Shown: piece after piece, positions 9,365-18,416 of the stretch
Layout: each line of letters starts with the position of its first letter
Position numbering within the stretch: position 1 is the stretch's first letter
Source: Candidatus Hydrothermarchaeota archaeon
GTDB lineage: Archaea; CAYFZR01
Reading direction: 5' to 3'
NCBI GenBank assembly: GCA_046760505.1
Contig: JBHIEG010000006.1
Span: forward strand, 20,924 to 84,923
Length of the DNA: 64,000 bases
Translations under genes and position numbers: made by a program
The notes under the pieces: model-generated
What the model was told of the DNA's origin: nothing
The model's database searches: none
What the model saw: the letters and a program-made list of their open reading frames with translations, nothing else

Positions 9365-11740
9365 TTACACCCTCCTCTTTCTTATTAATCTCTCCAGGTT
9401 CGTGGGATCGAATCTTGGATCATATGCTCTTACCTGTCCGCCTTTAATTTTCTTATCTTTTACTTCGAATCCATGTTCTTTCTCCAAAACTTCCAGTAAC
9501 TCTGATCTTCTTGCAATAGGAAGATCTGTTTCGCTTCTTACGAAGAGATACCAATCCTCTGGATACTCTCCGAAGTACTTCTTTGATAGATCTAGGTAAT
9601 GAGTTAATTTTATCGATCTTCCCGGAGCAGTATCGTTTGGTCTCATTACCATGCGAGCTGTTTGCACTATTGCCTCTTCTTTGGTCTCTGCTGTATAAAT
9701 CAAATGCTCAGGTCCGGGCTCGAAGTAATGGAAGGAGCCATCTTTTGCATCTATGATCTGCCATTCCTCTTTTTTGTCCTTTCTTCCAAGATACATTCTC
9801 CTGTATTTAGATCCGTGGGGACCAACTATAACTGGAACTCCAAGTCTGTTACATCCGGTAGCAATAGATGCTGCCTTTTGAGAATATGCTCCCCATGCTA
9901 CTCCTACCGCGCCAACTCTGTTGAGTATATAATCCGCTATCTCCTCGAAGTTTGCTCTAAGGTTTCTCATCGCAAATATGTTTGCTACCTTTATGGCTGC
10001 TCCAGCAATATGGGCGTTAGATACGCAAGAGCCCGTATTACATATATTTCCTGCATCAAAAGCTCCGGGATATCTCTCCCATATGGTCTTTCCTTCCTCA
10101 TCCTTATAGAATGACACATCCATTGCCGCGCATCCTGAGGTTACAACAATGTAATTTCTAGATGCAAATTCGTTGGCCATTTCAAAAAGATCTTTTCTTG
10201 ATCCAGGATAGTTTGAGCAACCCACGTAGGCTATTACCCCGGGTATTGTTCCTAAGACAATGGGAGCGCCAACGTTTCTTATCTCCACGTCTGAGACTGC
10301 TCCTCTTCCGGATCTCATGACAGATTTTTCAGTCTTTATCTGCGCCTCTGACGCTGCCTCGATTAAGTTCAACGGCTCAATACCCTGAGGACATTCTATA
10401 GCGCATTTTCCACATCCTATACATCTTTCATGCAATTCCACAAGTAATGAGAAATCTCCTTTAGATGCTGTCTCGTTTGCTGTGTGAATAGGTAAGTTAC
10501 TGGGACAAACACGCCTACATTTCTCACAGGAAGTACAAGTTGATGCGATTTCCTGAACTTTGCTCAGATCAGGGATTATTTTAAATTTCTTCCTCTTTGG
10601 AGCAATTGCTTGAGCAACCTTGACTGCCACTTCCCCTACCTTATAGGGGTCTGATATGAATGCTCCGGGCAACTTCCCCTCGACAAGATCTTTCACAATT
10701 CCATCCGCCGGATCATTGGTCCTATTTGGCAATCCATAAAGGATCTTATCCATGGTTGTGATAACCGGTGCCTTAATCTTCTGGGCTTCTTGTAAAATAT
10801 CTGCCCTCACGCATTGTTCGTCCACAACTATAACGTCTGGAACGCCAGATCTTATGAATTTAAGTTGTTGAGATATCGGTCCTATTACCTTTGCTTTTGT
10901 GTAGTACCTTGTCATGTCATGAGCAGTGCAACATATCGCACAAACTTCGACCTCGTCTTCTAATCCGTGATCCACCATGTAGTCGATGATTCCTACGCCA
11001 GGCAGTACGTTATGTCCTATACCTAGGATTACGGGTTTTTCTTTATCTATTGCTCCCATTCCTATCTCTACCAAAGGCGCATCGGGATCTGCCTTTGGGA
11101 ATCCTAGACAAGATATCTGAGCGACATCTGCCACTTCCATGGCGAGAAGATCAAGCATACCCGTGTGGAGTGCTTTAGACTCAAAATCTAAGTAAGATCC
11201 TTCCTGCCCCGTATGTACTGCAGCAAGGCAGTGAGTTATCTGTTCTTCAACGTAGTCCAAAACCTCCTCCAAATCACCTAATGTAGTTGGCCTCATTCCC
11301 ACGATTAATCTTGTCAGAGGAGCCTCTACATTTATGACATCCTTACCAACATCTATCGGATGATCTCGTCCAAACCTATCTATCAATTGATGAAGCATGT
11401 GTCTTGTGTGAGCAGTATGGGCCGCACAACCTATTAAGCAAGCAGCAAGAACTATTCTTCCTGTCTGATTTGAGATGTCTATTCCACAAGCTCCCCTTCT
11501 CTCTCCAGAAAGATCACATTTCCCCATAGTACACAAACAGCACATATCGCAGTACGGCGCATAGAAAGGATGGTATCTTCTCAGCAAGGTGAAATCCCAG
11601 TCTCTTAGATCTATTATGCTTGGTTTTGGCGTTGGACCCATTGGCTCTTCCCAAATTTCAGCTTCTTCTATGATCCTTCCTATGGTAATGGTAACTCCTT
11701 CCAGACCTTCCACAGCGATCCTTTCTGGGTTTTTGGCCAT
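9365..11740 (-). CDS. cdhA: ACDS complex alpha subunit (CO dehydrogenase)
   Basis: CDMCCLCTMGKC, ICCTAHD, DEQC, two ferredoxin motifs, GSCVSNAH. Confidence 0.98.
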   Translation of the reverse strand: MAKNPERIAVEGLEGVTITIGRIIEEAEIWEEPMGPTPKPSIIDLRDWDFTLLRRYHPFYAPYCDMCCLCTMGKCDLSGERRGACGIDISNQTGRIVLAACLIGCAAHTAHTRHMLHQLIDRFGRDHPIDVGKDVINVEAPLTRLIVGMRPTTLGDLEEVLDYVEEQITHCLAAVHTGQEGSYLDFESKALHTGMLDLLAMEVADVAQISCLGFPKADPDAPLVEIGMGAIDKEKPVILGIGHNVLPGVGIIDYMVDHGLEDEVEVCAICCTAHDMTRYYTKAKVIGPISQQLKFIRSGVPDVIVVDEQCVRADILQEAQKIKAPVITTMDKILYGLPNRTNDPADGIVKDLVEGKLPGAFISDPYKVGEVAVKVAQAIAPKRKKFKIIPDLSKVQEIASTCTSCEKCRRVCPSNLPIHTANETASKGDFSLLVELHERCIGCGKCAIECPQGIEPLNLIEAASEAQIKTEKSVMRSGRGAVSDVEIRNVGAPIVLGTIPGVIAYVGCSNYPGSRKDLFEMANEFASRNYIVVTSGCAAMDVSFYKDEEGKTIWERYPGAFDAGNICNTGSCVSNAHIAGAAIKVANIFAMRNLRANFEEIADYILNRVGAVGVAWGAYSQKAASIATGCNRLGVPVIVGPHGSKYRRMYLGRKDKKEEWQIIDAKDGSFHYFEPGPEHLIYTAETKEEAIVQTARMVMRPNDTAPGRSIKLTHYLDLSKKYFGEYPEDWYLFVRSETDLPIARRSELLEVLEKEHGFEVKDKKIKGGQVRAYDPRFDPTNLERLIRKRRV

Positions 11741-11986
11741 AATCTTACCTCCTGATTTCTCTCTTTCCTGATTACTATCACCAGATAATGAAGCATATAT
11801 AAAGTTATCTTGCCTACTTAATGAGATACTCGGCCATGAATTTTATATTACTTAGTTATTTTTCTCTGAGAAGCCGGATCGCAGAATTTTTTCGTTTTAA
11901 GGAGTTCCTTGGATCAAAGGAAAAATGCCCAAAAGTTTATGATACTTACAGAACAAATTATACTTAAGAATAAAACAGGATGGCTT

Positions 11987-12739
11987 ATGGAAGGGAAGGG
12001 GATAGGCGAAGGAGAACTCAGAATAATATCTGAGTTCGCGAATTGTTATGATGTAGTTGAAAACATGCCTAAGTTCATATATTCTCCTAGGATAATAAGA
12101 GACTTTTCATCGAAATTAAAGGAGATTGAGAAAGATCTGATGGAGTTTCTTTCAAAGAAGATAAATAAAAAATATGTTGAGAGGCTGTTAAAAGATAACA
12201 TAGAGATAGTCAAGAAGAAGAGAATGAATTTTGGACGTTATGAGGTAATCCCGTATTTCAGAAGGAGAGAAATAGAGCATTTAACAAAACTGCACCGACA
12301 GACCTTGGATGTCGCTATCTTGGATGTCCTGTCGAGGGAAGGCATTATAAATTTACCTCTAGAAGAGCGCGAAACCATAAAAAATAGAATCTGGCTTGGT
12401 CTTGAATTAAAGACTTTTGCTATGCTGGGCGGATTACATATACCCGATGAAACCACGTTTTCAGATGAGATCATAGAAAAAATCTCGGAGGAATGTGTGG
12501 AAAATCTTTACAGAAAAATAGTTGAAGAAAGAAAGAAATACTTAAAGCATATAATAACCGTGCTTGATTTCAGGTATAAAATAGAAAAATACGATCTGGA
12601 CCCAGATCTCTGGCAATATTTTACAGTTATAGAAGCAGTCAGACTTTTAGGATTGACTGGAGAATTTGTCTACGACTTCATAAAACTATCAGAGCTCATT
12701 CAGAAAATGGAGGGAATAGAATACAAGATCGAGGAGTAA
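11987..12739 (+). CDS. Hypothetical protein (helical, K/E-rich), divergent from cdhA
   Basis: Long ORF with coding-like composition, 1 nt before dph6; no recognisable motif. Confidence 0.75.
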   Translation: MEGKGIGEGELRIISEFANCYDVVENMPKFIYSPRIIRDFSSKLKEIEKDLMEFLSKKINKKYVERLLKDNIEIVKKKRMNFGRYEVIPYFRRREIEHLTKLHRQTLDVAILDVLSREGIINLPLEERETIKNRIWLGLELKTFAMLGGLHIPDETTFSDEIIEKISEECVENLYRKIVEERKKYLKHIITVLDFRYKIEKYDLDPDLWQYFTVIEAVRLLGLTGEFVYDFIKLSELIQKMEGIEYKIEE

Positions 12740-12740
12740 T

Positions 12741-13412
12741 ATGCGGGTGGCATGTTTATTCTCAGGTGGAAAAGATTCTAATCTTGCGTTATTTCGCGCA
12801 ATAAATCAAGGATTAGATGTCAGATATCTTGTGACAGTTTTTCCAAGATCTAGGGAAAGTTACATGTATCACTACCCATGCATACGTATTACGGAACTTC
12901 AGGCAAAATGTATTGGACTACCTTTAATAAGCAAAGAGAGCATTCCTGAAAAGGAGAGAGAATTAGAAGACTTGAAGGAAACCCTATCAAAATTAGATAT
13001 AGATGGAGTAGTTTCAGGAGCACTGGCATCTGAATATCAAAAGAGAAGAATTGAGAGAATATGTGGAGAACTTAAAATAGAGTCAATCACTCCTTTATGG
13101 CAAGACGATCCAGTATCGGTGTTGAGAGAAGTAAGTGAAAAATTTCACGTAATCATATCAGGCGTGAGCGCTCAGGGACTTAAAAAAGACTTGATTGGAA
13201 GAGATCTGGATAGGGAATGTGTAGAAAAATTAATGGATCTCAACAGAAAGTACAAGATACATTTAACAGGAGAGGGAGGAGAATTCGAGACCTTAGTTCT
13301 AGATGCTCCATTTTTCAGAAAAAGAATAGAAATCTTGGAAAAAGAAGTTATTTGGGAAGGAGACAGCGGATATCTAGATATAAAAAAAGCCACATTGATT
13401 GATAAACATTAA
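12741..13412 (+). CDS. dph6: Diphthine-ammonia ligase
   Basis: SGGKDS PP-loop, SYMYH, GEGGEFETLVLDAP. Confidence 0.93.
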   Translation: MRVACLFSGGKDSNLALFRAINQGLDVRYLVTVFPRSRESYMYHYPCIRITELQAKCIGLPLISKESIPEKERELEDLKETLSKLDIDGVVSGALASEYQKRRIERICGELKIESITPLWQDDPVSVLREVSEKFHVIISGVSAQGLKKDLIGRDLDRECVEKLMDLNRKYKIHLTGEGGEFETLVLDAPFFRKRIEILEKEVIWEGDSGYLDIKKATLIDKH

Positions 13413-13446
13413 AATCGAGATTTCAAACCATTTAATTTTAATAACC

Positions 13447-14544
13447 ATGGTTGAAAAGTGGATAGACATGTTGCACAGCGAGTTAAAGACAACAGTGGTT
13501 GGGAGTTTTCCTCTAAAGCCATTTCATGATGTAGACTATGAGTACGCTCCTTATTTTAATAGAGAAAAAATATTTTCTGAAAAAGAGCCTGTAGTTACCC
13601 ATCCATACATACCGAGTATGGCAAAAGCCTTGGAGATTCAGGTAAGGGCAGGAATTGATTATCCTTGTTATGGACAGCTACAAGACATGAATCTGATGTT
13701 TTTGGGCCCCCTAGCGAGAAAGAAATGTGGAATAAAAATCATAAACAATAAAGCATACGTTGTCGAAGATCTTAAGCCGCCCAAAACAAGTATTGCTCAG
13801 GATGTGTTGCTCTGGGCGAACAGATACAGGAGATATTTTGAGGGGGTAAAAATCCCTTTGACCGGGCCGATAACATTAGCCTCTGTCTCCAGTGTAGGCG
13901 ATAAATCCGTCTTGAATTATCCGGAGCTTATCAGGGATCTTTCGGAAATAGTAGCCAAGATAGCAAGAGACTACGATAAAAACGGAGCAGGTATAATAAC
14001 TCTAGATGAACCAAGTCTGCCATACGCTACTTATATAGGAATAGACAGCGATTTAATTATAGATTGTTTAAACAAAGTGATAAAAGAAATAAAAAAAGCC
14101 ATCCCCGCGATTCATGTATGTGGGAAGTTGGATAGCACTACTACAGAGATTTTACTGGAAACAGATGCTTTATTAGTGGATCATGAGTTTGCTTCCATAC
14201 CAGAAAACTTAGATGCTTATTCAAAATCAGATCTAGATAAATACGATAAAATCATTGGTTTAGGTTGCGTTGTAAGTAACATTGATCCAGAAAAGTTGAT
14301 AGAAATCTCAAAAGGACAAAATTGGAATTCTGTTGTTGAAACAAAGGAAGAAATATCTGATTTCATAAAAAAAGCAGCCAATAAATTTGGAATCGAAAGA
14401 CTTGTCTTGGATCCTGATTGCGGGTTCGGTGGATTGAAACACTACATCAAGGGAGAACTTACCGAAAATGTACTGCTGAAAATATGTTACCAAAAAATGA
14501 AGAACATGGTTGATGTTGCGAGAGATTTGAGAAAATTAACCTAG
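13447..14544 (+). CDS. Core (single-domain) MetE-family methionine synthase
   Basis: TTVVGSFP, TGPITLA, DEP; Zn ligands HVC, E and DPDCGF; no N-terminal folate barrel. Confidence 0.8.
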   Translation: MVEKWIDMLHSELKTTVVGSFPLKPFHDVDYEYAPYFNREKIFSEKEPVVTHPYIPSMAKALEIQVRAGIDYPCYGQLQDMNLMFLGPLARKKCGIKIINNKAYVVEDLKPPKTSIAQDVLLWANRYRRYFEGVKIPLTGPITLASVSSVGDKSVLNYPELIRDLSEIVAKIARDYDKNGAGIITLDEPSLPYATYIGIDSDLIIDCLNKVIKEIKKAIPAIHVCGKLDSTTTEILLETDALLVDHEFASIPENLDAYSKSDLDKYDKIIGLGCVVSNIDPEKLIEISKGQNWNSVVETKEEISDFIKKAANKFGIERLVLDPDCGFGGLKHYIKGELTENVLLKICYQKMKNMVDVARDLRKLT

Positions 14545-15041
14545 AATATATAATTTATGCTCGATTTATCGAAATCATCTACCATTTCTATATCCAAGTT
14601 TCTTGGGAAGTACTCCACGGTAGGATAAACTAGGTTGGGAAAGAACCCGCCCATGTCTTTAGCCATTTTAGTGACCAAGTGACCTTCACCAAATATCTCT
14701 TTAGAAATCCAGTAAACTAATTTTCTCGTTTTACTCTCGTCTAAATAACCTAAAGAATGAATGTACTCGTGCAACAAAATGTTAAAGGCGTATGCGTTGA
14801 ACAAACCAGGATCCGTTTGGAGTATCCTCCTTATGGGTGTTTTGTTCATCACGATTATATTGGAACCTACCGGATAAAATGCTCCAATCCAGAAGTCCTT
14901 GCTACTGCCTAATTCAGCTAATCCCAGTGTTAGACCTGCTCTTCCTGTACCCATCGTTTTCCAAACTACTTCTTTTACAATCTCGAATATGTCTCCTATG
15001 GTCTTTGCTTCCTCTAATTTTTGAGCATGGGATTTAGGCAT
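14541..15041 (-). CDS. Hypothetical protein with HExxH metallopeptidase motif
   Basis: LLHEYIHSLG. Confidence 0.75.
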   Translation of the reverse strand: MPKSHAQKLEEAKTIGDIFEIVKEVVWKTMGTGRAGLTLGLAELGSSKDFWIGAFYPVGSNIIVMNKTPIRRILQTDPGLFNAYAFNILLHEYIHSLGYLDESKTRKLVYWISKEIFGEGHLVTKMAKDMGGFFPNLVYPTVEYFPRNLDIEMVDDFDKSSINYIF

Positions 15042-15052
15042 AAACTTCCTCC

Positions 15053-15793
15053 CTATTTTTGAGCCTTAACAGTGATGGAGTATCCGTCCAAACTAAATTT
15101 CTCAATCGAAAAGAGTTTAATTTTCTCTAAGATTTGGATTTCTGAGAATCCCGCCTTTTTTATGGTTTCTAAATACTCATTTTCTGGTAAAGCTCCCGCT
15201 ATACAAGATATCCAGAGATTAAGGTCTTCTCTTATATGATCAGGCACGGGTTTTTCCGTCACAATATCTGATACAACAATCTTGCCGCCCTTCTTTAAAA
15301 CTCGGTACGCTTCCCTGAAAACCTTCTCTTTGTCTGTTGCGAGATTTATCACACAGTTACTAATTATTGTATCAACTGAATTACTTTCTATGGGCATATT
15401 TTCCATATCCCCATGTTTGAATTCCACATTATTGAGTTTTAGCTTTTTTGCATTGTTCGTCGCCTTTTTAATCATTTCCTTTGATAGATCCAGACCAATT
15501 ACCTTTCCGGTATCTCTAACCTTTTTTGCTGCAATAAAAACATCTAATCCTCTTCCCGAGCCTATATCCAATACAGTGAGGCCTTCATTTATTTCTGAAA
15601 AAAGGATGGGATTTCCACAGCCCAAAGAAAGATCGGATATTTCTGGAAATTCTTCGGGAAATTCATCTGTTAGGTTCTGATAGTATCTGCGAAGTAGTGA
15701 AAGTGATGTTTCAGGAGGACAGCATTCTTTTAAACAAGACAGGTTCTTTCTTGCTATCTCATCGTACTTTTTTACAATTTCTTCTTTTTTCAT
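15053..15793 (-). CDS. arsM: Arsenite S-adenosylmethionine methyltransferase-like
   Basis: SLGCGNP, LDIGSGRGLD, ISNCVINL, WISCIAGA and an N-terminal CC. Confidence 0.85.
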   Translation of the reverse strand: MKKEEIVKKYDEIARKNLSCLKECCPPETSLSLLRRYYQNLTDEFPEEFPEISDLSLGCGNPILFSEINEGLTVLDIGSGRGLDVFIAAKKVRDTGKVIGLDLSKEMIKKATNNAKKLKLNNVEFKHGDMENMPIESNSVDTIISNCVINLATDKEKVFREAYRVLKKGGKIVVSDIVTEKPVPDHIREDLNLWISCIAGALPENEYLETIKKAGFSEIQILEKIKLFSIEKFSLDGYSITVKAQK

Positions 15794-15817
15794 GTTGATC
15801 CCTCTATTTTGAATTTA

Positions 15818-15833
15818 TAATGGACGTCCAATA
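15818..15833. promoter_or_regulatory. Palindromic operator 1 (TAATGGACGTCCAATA) upstream of arsM
   Basis: Near-perfect inverted repeat similar to the site at 15861. Confidence 0.7.
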
Positions 15834-15860
15834 TTAAGAATATATGCTAATACTTAAATA

Positions 15861-15876
15861 TATTGGTCGACCAATA
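15861..15876. promoter_or_regulatory. Palindromic operator 2 (TATTGGTCGACCAATA) upstream of padR
   Basis: Perfect 16-bp palindrome between a TATA-like TTAAATA and the ATG at 15883. Confidence 0.75.
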
Positions 15877-15882
15877 ATATCC

Positions 15883-16203
15883 ATGAGAGATGTTATATGC
15901 CCCCCGAACTGCTGCGATATGAGGGGTTTACTTTCATTTATCATTCTTTGGTGCCTGAGGAAAAGACCAATGTACGGACAGGAGATAGCAGAGGAGTTGG
16001 CTCGAAGAAGAGGTGAAAAACCAAATCCAGGCACCCTATATCCCGCGTTGAAACAACTAGAGGAGAGGGGACTAGTAGTGTATCGTATTCATGGAAGAAG
16101 AAAGATATACACCCTTACCGAGAAAGGTCAACTCGAGATAGAAAAAGCCTGTAGATATTTCTGCCAAGTATTTGGCGATATCTTAGAAGAATTTAAAGAG
16201 TAA
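15883..16203 (+). CDS. PadR family transcriptional regulator, Cys-rich
   Basis: MYGQEI, PGTLYPALKQLEERGL, RKIYTLTEKG; N-terminal CPPNCC. Confidence 0.92.
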   Translation: MRDVICPPNCCDMRGLLSFIILWCLRKRPMYGQEIAEELARRRGEKPNPGTLYPALKQLEERGLVVYRIHGRRKIYTLTEKGQLEIEKACRYFCQVFGDILEEFKE

Positions 16204-16209
16204 AATGGA

Positions 16210-16240
16210 GCGTGGCTCGCCACGCAACGTGGCTCGTTGC
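16210..16240. repeat. Two overlapping GC-rich hairpins sharing the 9-mer CGTGGCTCG
   Basis: GCGTGG-CTCG-CCACGC (16210-16225) and GCAACG-TGGCT-CGTTGC (16224-16240). Confidence 0.6.
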
Positions 16241-16379
16241 ATCCGCAATTCTATAAAAAATTATTTTATTACTGATACAATAGATGCGTTTTTCTACTCT
16301 GAATATTGTATGGGGGTTTAGAAAGGGGGCGATAAGGTAGTATAGGATAAATTCAGTATAGATTACTTAAAAACCCCTT

Positions 16380-16760
16380 CTATTTCATCATTTCTGTCAG
16401 GATCTTCAAGATTTCTGCCTCATCTATGGGCACGTACATGACTTTACTCTTGTTTTTTGATTGAATTAGCAATGCTGGCAATTCTTTGATACCGTATTTC
16501 CATCTGAGCAACGTCAATTTGAAGCCCAGATAGAGCCTGTATGGTTTGCTTGTTTGGAAGGTTGAGTTTGGGTTTATCTCGCCAAAAACATCAACTTGGA
16601 TGTCAGTACCTCTCACAATTTTTCTTACAGTCTTTTCCAATTTTTTGCTTTCTTCAGTCTGGACTACCTGAGTTGCCCATCCTGGAGCGCTTCCACCAGC
16701 TCCACCAACACCAACCAACTTCGTTACTGCTTTTTTAAAAATCGTTATTCTCAGTGACAT
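16380..16760 (-). CDS. Hypothetical protein, possible degenerate thioredoxin-like fold
   Basis: C-terminal YGIKELPALLI resembles the cis-Pro strand; no Cys. Confidence 0.55.
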   Translation of the reverse strand: MSLRITIFKKAVTKLVGVGGAGGSAPGWATQVVQTEESKKLEKTVRKIVRGTDIQVDVFGEINPNSTFQTSKPYRLYLGFKLTLLRWKYGIKELPALLIQSKNKSKVMYVPIDEAEILKILTEMMK

Positions 16761-16852
16761 AGTTATCTTCAAATTCTATTAGATCCTATAGTTGATCTAT
16801 TTTTATCTTATATTCGTCTTTTCATCTTATATTCATCAACTTATATTAATTC

Positions 16853-18406
16853 TCAGTGGGAGAGGTGTCTTACTCCCGTAAAAACCATAGAGATCTCATG
16901 TTCATTCACTGCTCTTATTACCTCTTCATCTCTTATGGATCCCCCAGGCTGAATTATCGCGGTTATGCCTGCCTCAGCTGCAACATCGATTCCGTCTCTA
17001 AAGGGAAAGAAGGCGTCTGACGCGAGAACACTTCCCTCTGTAGAAAAACCGGCCATTCTAGCCTTTTCAACTGCTATCCTCACCGAATCGACCCTGCTCG
17101 TTTGACCTGCCCCTATCCCTATCACTTGGTTAGGGATTGCGAGGACTATTGCGTTTGATCTCACGTTTCTTATGAACTTCCATGCAAACATCATTGCATC
17201 TATTTCTTCTTCAGTGGGTTTTTTATGGCTTACAACCTTTAAATCCTCCCTTTTTAATTTGATTTGATCGTAACTCTGGCACAATAAACCTCCGATTATT
17301 CCTCTGATCTCTTTTCCTCCATAAATGTCGAGGTTCCAAATTTCAGAAATGTCGATCAGCCTTATATTCTTCTTTTGTTTCAGTACATTTAAGGCATCAT
17401 CGCTGAATCCTGGAGCAGAGACCACTTCTATGAATTGTTTATTTATTTCTATAGCGGTTTCTTCATCTACTTCTCTGCTCAAAGCAACAATTCCTCCAAA
17501 GGCGGATACAGGATCCGTTGAGAGAGCTTTTCTATATGCATCGCTCAGTTTTTTTCCTTTTGCGCCGCCACATGGATTTAGGTGTTTTACAATGACGCAG
17601 GCGATATCATCTCTAAATTCGTATATTAACCTTAGTGAGGCATCTATGTCAAGAATATTGTTGTAGGAAAGCTTTTTTCCATGAATTTTCTTTATCTTGG
17701 AAAAGTTCACCTCGGCATTCTTATCAATGAATAAAGAAGCTGTTTGATGGGGATTTTCACCGTACCTTAACTCTTCTTTTTTTTCGTATGTGAGTATCAA
17801 TCTATCCGGGTAATCATCCCTTAGGAAATAATTGTATATCTGTGCATCATATTCCGCGGTTCTTTGAAATGCCTCCACGAACAATTCATATCTTGTATCT
17901 CTACTGATCGTTCCATTTTCCCTGAGTTCTTTCAGTATTCTATCATATTTAGAGGGATTCACCAGAACAACCACGTTTTCAAAATTTTTTGCTGCAGCCC
18001 TAATTAGAGCAGGCCCTCCAATATCGATGTTTTCTAGTATATCCTCCAAAGAATCCTTTTTCTTAATTTTCTCTTCAAATGGATAGAGATTTACAACTAC
18101 CATATCTATAGAAGGTATGTTATACTTAATAATCGTCTCTTCATCTTCTCTTCTATTTCTCCTCCATAGTATGCCGGCGTGTACTTTTGGATGGAGCGTT
18201 TTAACTCTTCCGTTTAATATCTCAGGAAAGCCTGTGTAATCTGAAACTTCCGTTACAGGTATTCCTGATTTTTTCAAAAGTTTTGCAGTTCCTCCCGTAG
18301 ATAAAATTTCTATACCTAATTCAGTTAATCCTTTAGAAAATTCAACTATGCCTGTTTTGTCGTAAACGCTTATCAGGGCTTTTTTCACAGGAAGCTCGCT
18401 CCTCAA
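16853..18406 (-). CDS. purH: Bifunctional AICAR transformylase/IMP cyclohydrolase
   Basis: ALISVYDKTG, GRVKTLHP, LRYGENPHQ, ASDAFFPFRD. Confidence 0.97.
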   Translation of the reverse strand: MRSELPVKKALISVYDKTGIVEFSKGLTELGIEILSTGGTAKLLKKSGIPVTEVSDYTGFPEILNGRVKTLHPKVHAGILWRRNRREDEETIIKYNIPSIDMVVVNLYPFEEKIKKKDSLEDILENIDIGGPALIRAAAKNFENVVVLVNPSKYDRILKELRENGTISRDTRYELFVEAFQRTAEYDAQIYNYFLRDDYPDRLILTYEKKEELRYGENPHQTASLFIDKNAEVNFSKIKKIHGKKLSYNNILDIDASLRLIYEFRDDIACVIVKHLNPCGGAKGKKLSDAYRKALSTDPVSAFGGIVALSREVDEETAIEINKQFIEVVSAPGFSDDALNVLKQKKNIRLIDISEIWNLDIYGGKEIRGIIGGLLCQSYDQIKLKREDLKVVSHKKPTEEEIDAMMFAWKFIRNVRSNAIVLAIPNQVIGIGAGQTSRVDSVRIAVEKARMAGFSTEGSVLASDAFFPFRDGIDVAAEAGITAIIQPGGSIRDEEVIRAVNEHEISMVFTGVRHLSH

Positions 18407-18416
18407 ATGATCACCC

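Noticed and set aside
3270-10114. Long antisense ORFs opposite cooC/cdh (also opposite thermosome, pheS and others)
   Set aside because: Shadow frames of well-conserved genes; Ser/Phe-rich with no motifs
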